NCBI GenBank assembly: GCA_963834385.1
Contig: CAWIBO010000002.1
Span: 96,001-160,000 of the forward strand
DNA length: 64,000 nucleotides
Reading direction: 5' to 3'
Source: an uncultured Verrucomicrobiae bacterium
GTDB lineage: Bacteria > Verrucomicrobiota > Verrucomicrobiia > Chthoniobacterales > UBA10450
Under the pieces are notes generated by a model. It did not search any database. It had not been told where the DNA came from and saw only the letters and a list, made by a program, of their open reading frames with translations. Within the stretch, counting starts at the first letter, position 1; each line of letters starts with the position of its first letter. Of this stretch, positions 43,413-53,907 are shown piece by piece. The position numbers and the translations under genes were made by a program.

Positions 43413-43832
43413 ATGGCGAACGGTCCTTCCTCCCCCGACGATCTGACCCCGGTGAGCGGCGCGCCTACGGACGTTGCCCGCAGCGGGACTGGACTGCCCA
43501 AGCCGTTGCATGAACGAACCGCGGAAGAGGATCGCGAGGTGGCCGATTGGCCGGCGCTGGCGGCCAGCCCTTCTTTCCAGGCGCTTTTGCGGGCCAAACG
43601 CCGTTTTATCATCCCGGCCACGATTTTTTTCGTGGCCTACTTTTTCGCCCTGCCGGTGGCGGCGGGCTATTTCCCGGAGCTGATGATGCGCCGGGTTTTC
43701 GGGGCACTGAATTTCGCGTATCTCTTTGCCCTCTCGCAGTTTTTCATGGCCTGGATCCTGGCCGCCCTTTACGTGCGCGCGGCCAGCCGGTTCGATCGCA
43801 TGGCGGAAGAGGTCATCGCGAAGCGCGCTTAG
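43413..43832 (+). CDS. DUF485 (YjcH-like) membrane protein
   Basis: FQALLRAKRRF, two TM helices, YVRAASRFD. Confidence 0.85.
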   Translation: MANGPSSPDDLTPVSGAPTDVARSGTGLPKPLHERTAEEDREVADWPALAASPSFQALLRAKRRFIIPATIFFVAYFFALPVAAGYFPELMMRRVFGALNFAYLFALSQFFMAWILAALYVRAASRFDRMAEEVIAKRA

Positions 43833-43923
43833 CTCCGGCGCGCGGGCGCGGTGAGCCAGCGCCCGTTTATTGACGAGGAAATTTGTTCCGTTGAGGTGGA
43901 GCCGCCTTTCGCTAGGCTCGCTC

Positions 43924-46191
43924 GTGCCCGCTCCCGCCGAACCCGCTGTCACCCCGGAGGCTGTGCAAAAGCATGGCCTCACCCCGGATGAATACGATCG
44001 CATCCGCCAGATCCTCGGGCGCGAGCCGAATTTCACCGAGCTCGGCATCTTCTCCGTCATGTGGAGCGAGCATTGTTCCTACAAGAATTCGCGGCGCGAG
44101 CTGAGAAAGTTTCCCACCACCGGCGCGAACATTCTGGTCAAGGCAGGCGAGGAAAACGCCGGCGTGGTCGATATCGGCGACGGCTGGGCGGTCGCCTTCA
44201 AGATCGAGTCGCATAATCACCCCAGCGCGATCGAGCCTTTCCAGGGCGCGGCCACCGGCGTGGGCGGAATCATTCGCGACATTTTCACCATGGGCGCGCG
44301 CCCGGAATTTCTCCTGAACTCGCTTCGCTTTGGGCCGATCACCGCGACCGGGCGCGAGGACGCGGCCCGCCGGGCGCAGCTGGCGACCAATCGCCGGCTC
44401 TTCACCGGCGTGGTCTCCGGCATTGCGCATTACGGGAACTGCATCGGTGTGCCCACCATTGGCGGTGAGATTTATTTCGACGAATCGTTCGAGGGCAACC
44501 CGCTGGTGAACGTTTTTTGTCTCGGGGTGCTCCGGCACGAACAGCTCGCCCGCGGCGCCGCCAGCGGCGTGGGCAACCCGGTTTTCTACGTCGGCGCGGA
44601 AACCGGCCGCGACGGCCTGGCTGGGGCGGCTTTTGCCTCGCGTGAGCTGACCGAGGAATCGAAGGAGGATCGGCCCGCCGTGCAGGTGGGCGATCCTTTC
44701 AAGGAAAAGCTCCTCCTCGAGGCCTGCCTCGAACTCCTTGCGACCGATGCCGTGGCCGGCATCCAGGACATGGGCGCTGCCGGCCTTACCTGTTCCACCT
44801 GCGAAACCGCCAGTCGCGGCGGCACCGGGGTCGAGATCGACCTGGCGAAGGTGCCGAAACGCGAGCCGGGCATGACACCCTACGAAACACTCCTGAGCGA
44901 GTCGCAGGAACGCATGCTCATCATCGCGAAGAAAGGCCGGGAACAAGTCGTGCGCGACATTTTCGAGAAATGGGATGTGCCCTGTGCCGAGATCGGCCGG
45001 GTGACCGACGACGGCATGATGCGGGTTCGGAACAACGGCAGCATCGCGGCGGAGATTCCGGCCAGGCCGCTCGCGGACGAAGCGCCGCTCTACGAACGGG
45101 AAGCCCGGCCGCCCCGGGAGCCGGCCCGCCCGGTTGACCCGAAAAGCGTGCCGGAGATCGAACCGGTTCTCGCCCTGCGCCAGCTTTTGCGCGACCCGAC
45201 CATTGCCTCGAAGAACTGGGTTTACCGGCAGTACGATCACATGGTCCGGACCGGCACGGTGGTGCGCCCGGGAAGCGATGCCGCCGTTTTTCATGTGCGC
45301 GCGGCGAACAAGTATCTGGCCGCCACGAGCGACTGTAATTCGCTTTTCTGCGCGCTCGATCCGCGCGAAGGCGGCCGCCTCGCCGTGGCCGAGGCGGCGC
45401 GCAACCTGACCTGTTCCGGCGCCAAACCACTCGCGGTCACTGACAACCTCAATTTCGGCAACCCCTACAAGCCGGAAAACTTCTGGCAACTGCGCGAGGC
45501 GGTCGAGGGCATCTCGGAGATGTGCCGCGCTTTCGGGACGCCCGTCACGGGCGGCAACGTCTCCCTTTATAATGAAAGCCCGGCCGGCGTGGTCGACCCG
45601 ACGCCGACGGTGGCCATGGTCGGCCTGATCGAGAACGAGAAACAAATCACCACGCAATGGTTCAAGGAGGAGGGGGACGTGATTCTCCTCCTCGGCGACC
45701 TCGCCGGCACCCTGGATGCCTCCCGTTACCTGAAGGTCTGTCACGACCGCAAGGAAGGCGTGGTCCCGCGGCTCGATCTCGAGCGGGAACTGGCGTTGCA
45801 GGAGAACCTGCGGGCTGCCATCCGGGATGGCCTGGTCAGGTCGGCGCACGATTGTTCGGAGGGCGGGCTGGGCGTGGCCCTGGCCGAATGCTGTTTTGCT
45901 CCCGGGAAACAGATCGGCGCCCGGATCACCCTGGCAGCGGGCGAAACGGAGCGGCTGGACACGCTGCTTTTCCATGAGGCGCCTTCACGCGTGATCGTTT
46001 CGGTGGCGTCGGATGCGGCCGATGCGTTTCTCCAGCGGTTTCAAAAGGCGGGCGTGCCGGCGGCAAAACTCGGCCTGGTCGGCGGCGGCGATCTCGAGAT
46101 CGCGGCCGCGGGAAAAACGCTGCGCTGGACTGTCGCCGATCTTTTCTCCGACTGGTATCATGCAATCGAGCGGGCCGTGACCGCGGCATGA
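43924..46191 (+). CDS. purL: FGAM synthase subunit PurL (start uncertain; ORF open from 43870)
   Basis: [50 protein letters not shown]. Confidence 0.97.
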   Translation: MPAPAEPAVTPEAVQKHGLTPDEYDRIRQILGREPNFTELGIFSVMWSEHCSYKNSRRELRKFPTTGANILVKAGEENAGVVDIGDGWAVAFKIESHNHPSAIEPFQGAATGVGGIIRDIFTMGARPEFLLNSLRFGPITATGREDAARRAQLATNRRLFTGVVSGIAHYGNCIGVPTIGGEIYFDESFEGNPLVNVFCLGVLRHEQLARGAASGVGNPVFYVGAETGRDGLAGAAFASRELTEESKEDRPAVQVGDPFKEKLLLEACLELLATDAVAGIQDMGAAGLTCSTCETASRGGTGVEIDLAKVPKREPGMTPYETLLSESQERMLIIAKKGREQVVRDIFEKWDVPCAEIGRVTDDGMMRVRNNGSIAAEIPARPLADEAPLYEREARPPREPARPVDPKSVPEIEPVLALRQLLRDPTIASKNWVYRQYDHMVRTGTVVRPGSDAAVFHVRAANKYLAATSDCNSLFCALDPREGGRLAVAEAARNLTCSGAKPLAVTDNLNFGNPYKPENFWQLREAVEGISEMCRAFGTPVTGGNVSLYNESPAGVVDPTPTVAMVGLIENEKQITTQWFKEEGDVILLLGDLAGTLDASRYLKVCHDRKEGVVPRLDLERELALQENLRAAIRDGLVRSAHDCSEGGLGVALAECCFAPGKQIGARITLAAGETERLDTLLFHEAPSRVIVSVASDAADAFLQRFQKAGVPAAKLGLVGGGDLEIAAAGKTLRWTVADLFSDWYHAIERAVTAA

Positions 46192-46222
46192 GCCGGCGTT
46201 TGAACGCCCGGTTAATTCAGCG

Positions 46223-47734
46223 ATGTTGCCCACAGTGACTTCCCTTCACGCGGACGATTCCTTCGAGCGCTCCGACAGGACGCACTTCCCGCAGCATGAG
46301 TGCGGCATTTTTGGCGTCTACGGGCATCCCAACGCGGCTGTTCTGACCTATTACGGGTTGTTTGCGTTGCAGCATCGCGGGCAGGAAAGCGCCGGTATCG
46401 TTACGAGCAACGGCCACGGCCAGGATTTCCGGTTGCACCGCGAGATGGGCCTGGTTTCGCAGGTCTTCGGCCCGGCGGAACTGGAGCATCTGAAGGGGAC
46501 CTCGGCGGTGGGTCATACGCGTTATTCCACCACTGGATCGAGCACGCTCAAAAACGCGCAACCCTTCGTGGTCGATTGTTTCCGCGGGCAGATTGCGGTG
46601 GCGCACAACGGCAACCTGATCAATGCGGGCGTGCTCCGCGACGAACTGGAGCGGCGCGGTTCCATTTTCCAGACCACGACCGACAGCGAACTGGTGCCGC
46701 ATCTGCTGGCGCAGCCGATCGAGAACGGCGGCAGTCCGCTGGGCGTCCTGCGCCGGCTGGAAGGGGCCTTCTCGCTCATCATCATGAGCGAGCGCGAGGT
46801 GATCGGCGTGCGCGATCCCTGCGGGTTCCGTCCGCTGGTCCTCGGCCGGCTCGACGGCGCTTACATTCTCGCCTCGGAGACCTGCGCGCTCGACCTGATC
46901 CACGCCGAGTTCATCCGCGACGTCGAACCGGGCGAGGTTCTCGTCATCAGCGAGAACGGGCTCCGCTCGGAATGGCCTTTCCGCGACGAGAAGCGCGCCT
47001 TTTGCATGTTTGAATATGTCTATTTCGCGCGGCCTGACTCGATCATCGGCGGCGTGAACGTGGCCAAGGTCCGGACCGAGATGGGGCGGGAACTGGCCCG
47101 GCGGATGCCGGCTGAGGCCGATATCGTGGTGCCGGTGCCCGATTCCGGGAACTACGCCGCCCTCGGGTTTGCCCAGGAATTGAACATCCCCTACGAGCAC
47201 GCCTTTGTCCGCAACCACTACATCGGGCGCACTTTTCTCCAGCCGAGCCAGCTGATCCGCGATTTCGATGTGCGGGTGAAACTGAACCTGATCAAGGAAG
47301 CGGTCGAAGGAAAACGGGTCGTGGTGGTGGATGATTCCATTGTCCGCGGCACCACCGCGCGCGCCCGGGTCGTCAACCTGCGCGAAGCCGGGGCCAAAGA
47401 GGTGCACATGCGGGTGAGTTGTCCCCCGCACCGGTTCGCCTGCCATTACGGGATCGATTTTCCCGACCCGGACAAACTGATCGCGAACAAGATGAGCATG
47501 CCCGAGATCTGCGAATATCTCGGGGTGGACAGCCTCGGTTACCTCGACGTCGAGGGGATGGTCAAGGCGAGCGGCCAGCCGGTGAGCGAGTTTTGTCTCG
47601 CCTGTTTCACCGGGAATTATCCGCTTCCGGTCGACCCCGAGCTCGACAAGTTCATCATGGAAAAACGCGACGCGCGCTCCAAGGCGCTGGCCGAATCTGA
47701 GTCGCACCCCGAGCTTTTTGCCGACCTGAACTGA
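46223..47734 (+). CDS. purF: Amidophosphoribosyltransferase
   Basis: HECGIFG, LQHRGQE, GHTRYST, HNGN, VDDSIVRGTT, CLACF. Confidence 0.97.
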   Translation: MLPTVTSLHADDSFERSDRTHFPQHECGIFGVYGHPNAAVLTYYGLFALQHRGQESAGIVTSNGHGQDFRLHREMGLVSQVFGPAELEHLKGTSAVGHTRYSTTGSSTLKNAQPFVVDCFRGQIAVAHNGNLINAGVLRDELERRGSIFQTTTDSELVPHLLAQPIENGGSPLGVLRRLEGAFSLIIMSEREVIGVRDPCGFRPLVLGRLDGAYILASETCALDLIHAEFIRDVEPGEVLVISENGLRSEWPFRDEKRAFCMFEYVYFARPDSIIGGVNVAKVRTEMGRELARRMPAEADIVVPVPDSGNYAALGFAQELNIPYEHAFVRNHYIGRTFLQPSQLIRDFDVRVKLNLIKEAVEGKRVVVVDDSIVRGTTARARVVNLREAGAKEVHMRVSCPPHRFACHYGIDFPDPDKLIANKMSMPEICEYLGVDSLGYLDVEGMVKASGQPVSEFCLACFTGNYPLPVDPELDKFIMEKRDARSKALAESESHPELFADLN

Positions 47735-48747
47735 TGCCGCGCAAAGCCTACGCCCGGGCCGGGGTGGACGTTGACCTCGGCAACACGGTGAAACGCGGCA
47801 TCCAGGCGCTGGTCCGGGGCACGCATGGTCCGGAAGTGCTCGGCCGGATCGGCGGCTTCGGCGGGCTTTTCGCGCCCAACTTTTCCGGGATGCGCGAGCC
47901 GGTGCTGGTGGCCAGTGTTGATGGCGTCGGGACCAAGCTCAAGATCGCCTTTGCCATGGACCGGCACGACACCGTCGGGGCGGACCTGGTCAATCATTGT
48001 GTGAACGACATCGCCGTGCTCGGCGCGCGCCCCCTCTTTTTCCTCGATTACATCGGGGCGGAGAAACTGGAGCCGCCCGTTTTCCGCCAGATCCTGCGCG
48101 GGTTCACCAAAGCTTGCCGCGCTGCGGGCTGTGCGCTCATCGGCGGCGAGACCGCGCAGATGCCGGGCATGTATCGCCCGGGCGAATATGATCTGGCTGG
48201 CTGCATCGTCGGGGTGATCGATCGCCGGAAGATGATCGACGGCAGCCGGATCCGGCGTGGCGACGTCATCCTCGGCCTGCGTTCCAGCGGTCTGCACACC
48301 AACGGTTACTCGCTCGCGCGTAAAATTCTCTTTGGGAAAATGCGGCTCAAGCCGGGCTCGCGGGTGAGGGGACTAAAGGAGAGCATCGGGGCGGAGCTGT
48401 TGCGGACCCATGTGAATTATCAGCCGCGGCTGGCGCCGGTCCTCGGACAATGCCATGGACTGGCCCACATCACCGGCGGCGGGCTGGTCGATAATCTGCC
48501 CCGCGTTCTGCCGCCCGATTGTGACGCGGTAATCGAGACTGCGTCCTGGGAGCCCCCGGCGCTTTTCCAGATCCTGGAGAGGAACGGACGGGTCGAGCGC
48601 GAGGAGATGTATCAGGTTTTCAACATGGGCATTGGCATGGCCGTGATCGTGGGCGCCCGGAGCGCGTCGGCGGTCGCGCGCAAGCTTCGCGCCATCCGCA
48701 TCGGCACGATCGAGCGCGGACGCGGACGCACCCGGCTCCGTTTTTAA
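47734..48747 (+). CDS. purM: AIR synthetase
   Basis: DGVGTK, GGETAQMP, SSGLHTNGYSL, HITGGG, FNMGIG. Confidence 0.97.
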   Translation: MPRKAYARAGVDVDLGNTVKRGIQALVRGTHGPEVLGRIGGFGGLFAPNFSGMREPVLVASVDGVGTKLKIAFAMDRHDTVGADLVNHCVNDIAVLGARPLFFLDYIGAEKLEPPVFRQILRGFTKACRAAGCALIGGETAQMPGMYRPGEYDLAGCIVGVIDRRKMIDGSRIRRGDVILGLRSSGLHTNGYSLARKILFGKMRLKPGSRVRGLKESIGAELLRTHVNYQPRLAPVLGQCHGLAHITGGGLVDNLPRVLPPDCDAVIETASWEPPALFQILERNGRVEREEMYQVFNMGIGMAVIVGARSASAVARKLRAIRIGTIERGRGRTRLRF

Positions 48748-48914
48748 AGGATCGTTTCCCGTCCTCACGGGCGGTCGCCGCACTTTTTTTCGAATAGAGA
48801 CGGGCGGAGTCCGGTCAAAACGACTGCACCACGCGCTCCACTTTCCCCCGGCGTTGGCGTGGTGTGTAATCGGCCGGGCCTCCTGGTCCGGCCCAACCCA
48901 TAGGAGAATCCAGT

Positions 48915-49280
48915 ATGAAAAAACTTATCATTACCCTTGGTTGTGTGGCTCTCGCTCCGCTTGCCTTCGCGCAGGTCTCGAGCACGACCACGACCGAGAC
49001 GACCAAGACTGACGGCGTGAACGCCTCCACCGAGACCACCACGACCACGACCCGGTCGTCCGGCACGGTTTCGACCTTCGTGCCCGGCAAGACCATCGTG
49101 GTCAAGACGAGCGCGACGGACCCGATCAGCTACGTCCTCGGCAAGACCGTGACCTACGTCACGCGTGCCGGCAAAACCATCGAAGCCTCGATGATCAAGC
49201 CGGGCGCCAACGTCGAAGTCATGTACGACAAGAACGGTGACGAGATGGTCGTCAGCCGCGTCATCGTCGACCAGGACTAG
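48915..49280 (+). CDS. Small secreted Thr-rich hypothetical protein
   Basis: AGGAG RBS, signal peptide, poly-Thr stretches, downstream terminator. Confidence 0.8.
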   Translation: MKKLIITLGCVALAPLAFAQVSSTTTTETTKTDGVNASTETTTTTTRSSGTVSTFVPGKTIVVKTSATDPISYVLGKTVTYVTRAGKTIEASMIKPGANVEVMYDKNGDEMVVSRVIVDQD

Positions 49281-49303
49281 CCGAGTCTCGGTTCAGAAAT
49301 TCG

Positions 49304-49341
49304 AAAGCCGCGGGGGCTCGTGCAGCCCCTGCGGCTTTTTT
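49304..49341. terminator. Intrinsic terminator between convergent genes
   Basis: AAAGCCGCGGGGGCT-CGTGC-AGCCCCTGCGGCTTTTTT. Confidence 0.85.
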
Positions 49342-49366
49342 GTGATGAGGCTTCTCGGGCGGCTTT

Positions 49367-50146
49367 TTAGAATCCGTAGATGAGGGCGAAGGAGACGTTA
49401 TGCTCCACGAGGCTGGCGTGGCCGTGCGCGCTGTAGCCGAAATTGCTCAGGCTTTCGTCCGTGCGCACGTTTCCGAGGTCGATGTATTGATACTGGGCCC
49501 GGGCGCTCCAGTGTTCCGTAATGGCATACTGCAGGCCGCCCCCGACAAACCAGCCCGCCTTGGTCGTGCTGACGCTGTTGCGGGCCCGGAACGGATAATC
49601 GGCCGCGCCCAGTCGCTGGGAGAAATCGATGTCGCCCACCGCTAGGCCGCCGGTGGCATAGGGAAGCCAGCGGCAGAGCGCGTAGCCGATCCGCGGACCG
49701 GCTGTGATCAGGTAATGGGACTTGAGAGAAGTGCCAAGGAAAAGCTGGTTGCCATCCGGGGAAAAGAAGGCGCCCGTGAACTTTGAGTCGCGCAGCCAAA
49801 GATAGCCGCCCGAGACTTCCGCCCCCAGGACCCAGTTGTTCCATTGGTGGTTGTATCCGAGCAGACCGCCCAACTCCGCGCCGCTGGTTTCGAAATCGGA
49901 TCCCCCGCGCGCTTCGATCTCCCGAATGTCGTTCGCTGTCAGGTTAAAAACGTTCAGCCTGGGGTTGACCGCACCGAGTTTGTACCCGCCAAAGACGCCG
50001 GCATAAAAGCCTGTCCAGACGGGGCATTCGGCCGCGCTGGGAGCGACGGCGGTTGATCCTTTCCCGGAGGAATATTCCGCCGGGCCGGCGTGAAGCGTTG
50101 CTCCCGTCGCGCAGAGAAAGAGAACGAAAATAGCCAGTTTCTTCAT
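49367..50146 (-). CDS. Outer-membrane beta-barrel protein (Omp25/RopB-like)
   Basis: Signal peptide, WTGFYAG, GYNHQW, PYATGG, GWFVGGG, terminal Phe. Confidence 0.88.
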   Translation of the reverse strand: MKKLAIFVLFLCATGATLHAGPAEYSSGKGSTAVAPSAAECPVWTGFYAGVFGGYKLGAVNPRLNVFNLTANDIREIEARGGSDFETSGAELGGLLGYNHQWNNWVLGAEVSGGYLWLRDSKFTGAFFSPDGNQLFLGTSLKSHYLITAGPRIGYALCRWLPYATGGLAVGDIDFSQRLGAADYPFRARNSVSTTKAGWFVGGGLQYAITEHWSARAQYQYIDLGNVRTDESLSNFGYSAHGHASLVEHNVSFALIYGF

Positions 50147-50210
50147 AAGGCTCGTCTTAGGTCGCGGCCGCGCTCGTGTCGAGCCGAAAGAAGTCCCGCA
50201 CTTGGAGGAA

Positions 50211-50645
50211 TCACCGCATCAGACCCGTGCAATTCGCGGCGCCGCAATGGCACGGTTCGCCGGCGTGAAATGACGGCGTGTAATCAATCGTGATCTCTTC
50301 CCCCGGCCGGATCTCGCGCCGGGCGAAGAAAAGCAGCCGGCCATGCATGATCCGGGTGAAACAATTCGGATCGCACGAATGATTGATAAACGCGGTAGGA
50401 TCATCGCTCCGGCTGGCATCAATGCTCCAGCGATCATCAATCTCGCAGATGCAGACAGGCCCGCCGGCTTTTGCCCGGCGTCGCCCTTCCCGTCGCGAAA
50501 TCCGTTCCCCGGTCAGCTCCCCGATCTTCCGCCGCGGGTAACGCTCTCGCGAAACAGCCGCGTCCTTTAATGGAGGATGTTCCTATTGAAAGAAGCCCTG
50601 AGCGCGCTCCCTGACGTTTCCTGCTCCTGCGCGACTTTTCCCCAT
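50211..50645 (-). CDS. SET-domain protein with post-SET motif, disrupted by two compensating indels; absent from the ORF track
   Basis: Manual translation: SSIKGRGCFA / RRKIGELTGE...FINHSCDPN...IRPGEEITIDY...CHCGAANCTG. Confidence 0.88.
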
Positions 50646-50786
50646 GCCCTCCCACCGCTCGTGCGTGACCGGTCCGCACGCAAGCGCGGGAAGCTGGGAG
50701 ATGGAGGAAGGGACGGACGAGCGGGGGCAGTCAAGCTGACAAGCTGACAAGGGTCGCTGAAGCGCCACGGCGCTACGCTCTGCTTA

Positions 50787-51034
50787 TTATCGATAGATTT
50801 CGCGACGATGGCCGAGCGCCAGAAGATGAAGTTGTTCTGGCGGCGTCGAACGTATAAATGATCCTGTAACGCCAATCCGGGCCCTAACTGTCAGACCCTT
50901 TCAGGCGGTGATGCGGATACGATCTGAGGTCCAGGCCGATCTCGTCCACCGCGCTTCATTCGCCCGCATCCCTGCGGAAAGTGCAACCAAGACTGCGTCA
51001 AACGCCGCGTAGTAAACCTGGTCGCCGCGCTCAC
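50787..51034 (-). pseudogene. RelE/ParE-family toxin remnant
   Basis: Fragments QVYYAAFD, VDEIG..YPHHRLKGSD, RIG, YRIIYTFD and LHLLALGHRREIYR* in several frames, directly after an antitoxin-like ORF. Confidence 0.75.
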
Positions 51035-51039
51035 GCGCC

Positions 51040-51228
51040 TCAGGGCTCGCGGACGCGCGTGCTCTTTCCAGCCGCCATGTCCTGCTCTGATTGCAGGACG
51101 GCCTTCTCGAAGTCGGGCGCGAACTCCAGGTCGTCCTCAATCAGATCGTCGAGCCAGCTACGGATCTTGCGCAGCTCTGTCTGCGACAGCTTGCGCAACT
51201 CACTCTCCATTTTCTCGACGTTGCTCAC
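51040..51228 (-). CDS. Putative antitoxin (small acidic helical protein; start uncertain)
   Basis: SNVEKMESELRKLS...WLDDLIEDDLEF...SEQDMAAG; directly upstream of the RelE-like remnant. Confidence 0.7.
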   Translation of the reverse strand: MSNVEKMESELRKLSQTELRKIRSWLDDLIEDDLEFAPDFEKAVLQSEQDMAAGKSTRVREP

Positions 51229-51290
51229 GCCGGACAGCATCCCGTAAATTCGCCGCGACAGCAAGTGCGGGAGCAGGGAGGAATGAAAAT

Positions 51291-51370
51291 GCTAACAGGC
51301 TGAAAAGCTGACAGGGGAGCACGGAGCACGGTGCAGGGATCCGATAACCAACAACTGATAACTGATAACC
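51291..51370. repeat. Three consecutive short-period (8, 7 and 7 nt) degenerate tandem tracts
   Basis: GCTAACAG GCTGAAAA GCTGACAG; GGAGCAC GGAGCAC GGTGCAG; CCGATAA CCAACAA CTGATAA CTGATAA. Confidence 0.75.
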
Positions 51371-51419
51371 GCGCCGGGCCGCATTTGAAAAATGGGCGCA
51401 AATCGCCGAGAGAGGGGCC

Positions 51420-52838
51420 ATGCCGCTGGAGTTGAAGGAGATCATTGCCGCTCGCCTGGGCGAGAATTACGAGCTGCATCATCAGCACCTTAACCGGACC
51501 CTCGTGGCCGCGCAGCGGGTGATCGGGTTCGATAAGGTCTATGCCCGGGCGGAGGGCGCCTACCTCTACGACATGGATAACGCGCCGTTTCTCGATTTCC
51601 TGAGCGGCTACAGCGTCTTCAATATCGGGCGGAACCATCCCGCGATCCAAAAGGCGATCCGCGATGTGCTCGACCTCGATCTCCCGAACATGGTGCAAAT
51701 GGATTGCTCGCTCCTGAGCGGGCTCCTTGCGGAGGCGCTCACGAAACGCACCCCGCCCCATCTCGATGCGGTCTTTTTCTGCAACTCGGGCACGGAAGCC
51801 ATCGAGGGCGCGCTCAAATTCGCCCGGGCCGCCACCGGCCGGAAACGGATGATCTCGCTCGCGGGCGCCTGGCACGGACTCAGCCTCGGCGCGCTCTCCA
51901 TCATGGGCTGCGAAAGTTTTACGGAAGGGTTCGGCCCGCTCATGGCGGAATGGGACACGCGCGTCGCGCTCGACGACCTCCCCACGCTGGAACGCGAACT
52001 GGCCCGGAATGACGTGGCCGCGCTCGTGATCGAACCGGTTCAGGGCAAAGGCTGCAAATCTCCCGCGGGCGATTTTTATGAGCAGGCGCAGGCGCTCTGC
52101 CGCAAACACGGCACCCTCCTCATCTCCGACGAAGTGCAGTGCGGCCTCGGACGGACCGGTAAAATGTTCGGGTTCGAACACTGGAACCTGGAGCCGGATA
52201 TCATCACCATCGCGAAATCGCTCAGCGGCGGTTATGTGCCGTGCGGCGCGATCGTGACCCGGCGCGCGATTTACCAGAAAACCTTCAGCCGGATGGACCG
52301 GTGCGTGGTGCATTCGACCACTTTCGGCCGGAACAACCTGGCCATGGCCTGCGGACTGGCCGCGCTCCAGGTGATCGACGAGGAAAAACTGGTGGAAAAT
52401 TCGGCCCGGATGGGCGCGCTCCTGATGCAAAAGGTGGACGCGTTGCGCGAGAAACATTCCTTCATCAAGGAAGTGCGCGGGAAAGGGCTGATCATCGCGA
52501 TCGAGTTCCATGAACCGACGGAGTTCAAGCTGCGCATGGCCTGGAAGATCCTGCACAAGGTGGACAAGGTGCTCTTCCCGCAAATGGTGGTGACGCAGCT
52601 CCTGGCCAAACACCGCATCCTGACCCAGGTGGCCGGGCACGCCATGGATGTGCTCAAGATTTTGCCGCCGCTCATCATCACCGAGAAGGAGGTCGATCTC
52701 TTCGTCAACGCGCTCGACGAAGTGCTGACCGATTGCCGGCGATTCCCCGGGCCGATGTGGGAGTTGGGCCAGAACTTCGTGAAACTCGCGCTTGGTTCCA
52801 AGCGCGGCGGCGCCGCGCAGCCGCCCGTTCCGGCCTGA
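51420..52838 (+). CDS. Class-III PLP aminotransferase, HpnO-like
   Basis: DFLSGYSVFNIGRNHP, NSGTEAIE, EPVQGKG, DEVQCGLGRTG, AKSLSGG, HSTTFGRN; termini resemble HpnO. Confidence 0.8.
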   Translation: MPLELKEIIAARLGENYELHHQHLNRTLVAAQRVIGFDKVYARAEGAYLYDMDNAPFLDFLSGYSVFNIGRNHPAIQKAIRDVLDLDLPNMVQMDCSLLSGLLAEALTKRTPPHLDAVFFCNSGTEAIEGALKFARAATGRKRMISLAGAWHGLSLGALSIMGCESFTEGFGPLMAEWDTRVALDDLPTLERELARNDVAALVIEPVQGKGCKSPAGDFYEQAQALCRKHGTLLISDEVQCGLGRTGKMFGFEHWNLEPDIITIAKSLSGGYVPCGAIVTRRAIYQKTFSRMDRCVVHSTTFGRNNLAMACGLAALQVIDEEKLVENSARMGALLMQKVDALREKHSFIKEVRGKGLIIAIEFHEPTEFKLRMAWKILHKVDKVLFPQMVVTQLLAKHRILTQVAGHAMDVLKILPPLIITEKEVDLFVNALDEVLTDCRRFPGPMWELGQNFVKLALGSKRGGAAQPPVPA

Positions 52839-52843
52839 CCACC

Positions 52844-53891
52844 GTGGCCCGCCCGATCAAGCGCGAGCCGCTGGTGGCCCGACCGATCCAGCGGGACCGG
52901 CTCAGCCCCTTCCAGTTCAATGCCGAGCCCGGGCGTTACGATTCCATGCCCTACCGGCGCTGCGGGAAGTCGGGCCTGAAGCTGCCCGCGATCTCGCTCG
53001 GGGCGTGGGAAACTTTTGGCGGCTACCGCAGTTACGAGGTGGCGCGGGAATGCATCTTTCGCGCGTTTAACCTCGGGATCACGCATTTCGACCTGGCCAA
53101 CAATTACGGACAGCCGCCGGGCAAAGCGGAGACGGTGGTCGGTCGCGTCCTGCGCGACATGCCGCGTGATGAGGTGATCGTCTCGACCAAGGCCGGCTTC
53201 CCGATGTGGGAAGGCCCTTATGGGAGCGGAGGTTCCCGCAAACATCTCCTCGCGAGCATCGACCAATCGCTGGCCCGGCTGGAGCTGGGTTACGTCGATA
53301 TTTTTTATTCGCACCGGATGGATCACGACACCCCGCTGGAGGAAACGCTGGGAGCGCTCGATGAGATTGTCCGGAGCGGCCGGGCGCTGCATGTCGGCCT
53401 TTGCAATTATTCGGGGGAACAACTGCGCGCCGCGTTGCGGATCGTGGAGGAACGGCAGCTCGCGCCGATCGTGCTCGAGCAATCCGTTTACAACATGTTG
53501 CAGCGGGGGATTGAGCAGGATCTTCTGCCGGTCTGTCGCGAGGCCGGGGTGGGATTGATCACCTTCTCGCCTCTGGCGCAGGGGCTCTTAAGCGCGAAAT
53601 ACCTGGAGGAACTCCCGGCGGAATCGCGCGGGGCACTGCTTTGGAGCGAGGAACACCGGGCCCGGCTCACGCCCGGAGCTGCGGCAACGGCTCGGGCGAC
53701 TGAACGAGCTGGCGGAGGCGCGTGGTCAAACGCTGGCACAAATGGCCATCGCGTGGGCGGTGCGCCGGCCGGAAATCACGAGCGTCCTGATCGGCGCGTC
53801 CGAGGTGGCCCAGATCGAGGAGAACGTGAAGGCGCTGGAGAACGGGCAGTTCAGCGCGGAAGAGCTGAAAGCGATCGACGGGCTTCTTTAA
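52844..53891 (+). CDS. Aldo/keto reductase, YghZ/GPR-like (frameshift near 53673; start uncertain)
   Basis: YRRCGKSGLKLPAISLG, FDLANNYG, STKAG, YVDIFYSHR, FSPLAQG; next frame continues GQTLAQMAIAW...SVLIGAS. Confidence 0.9.
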
Positions 53892-53907
53892 GAGTAAGTG
53901 GTCGGCG

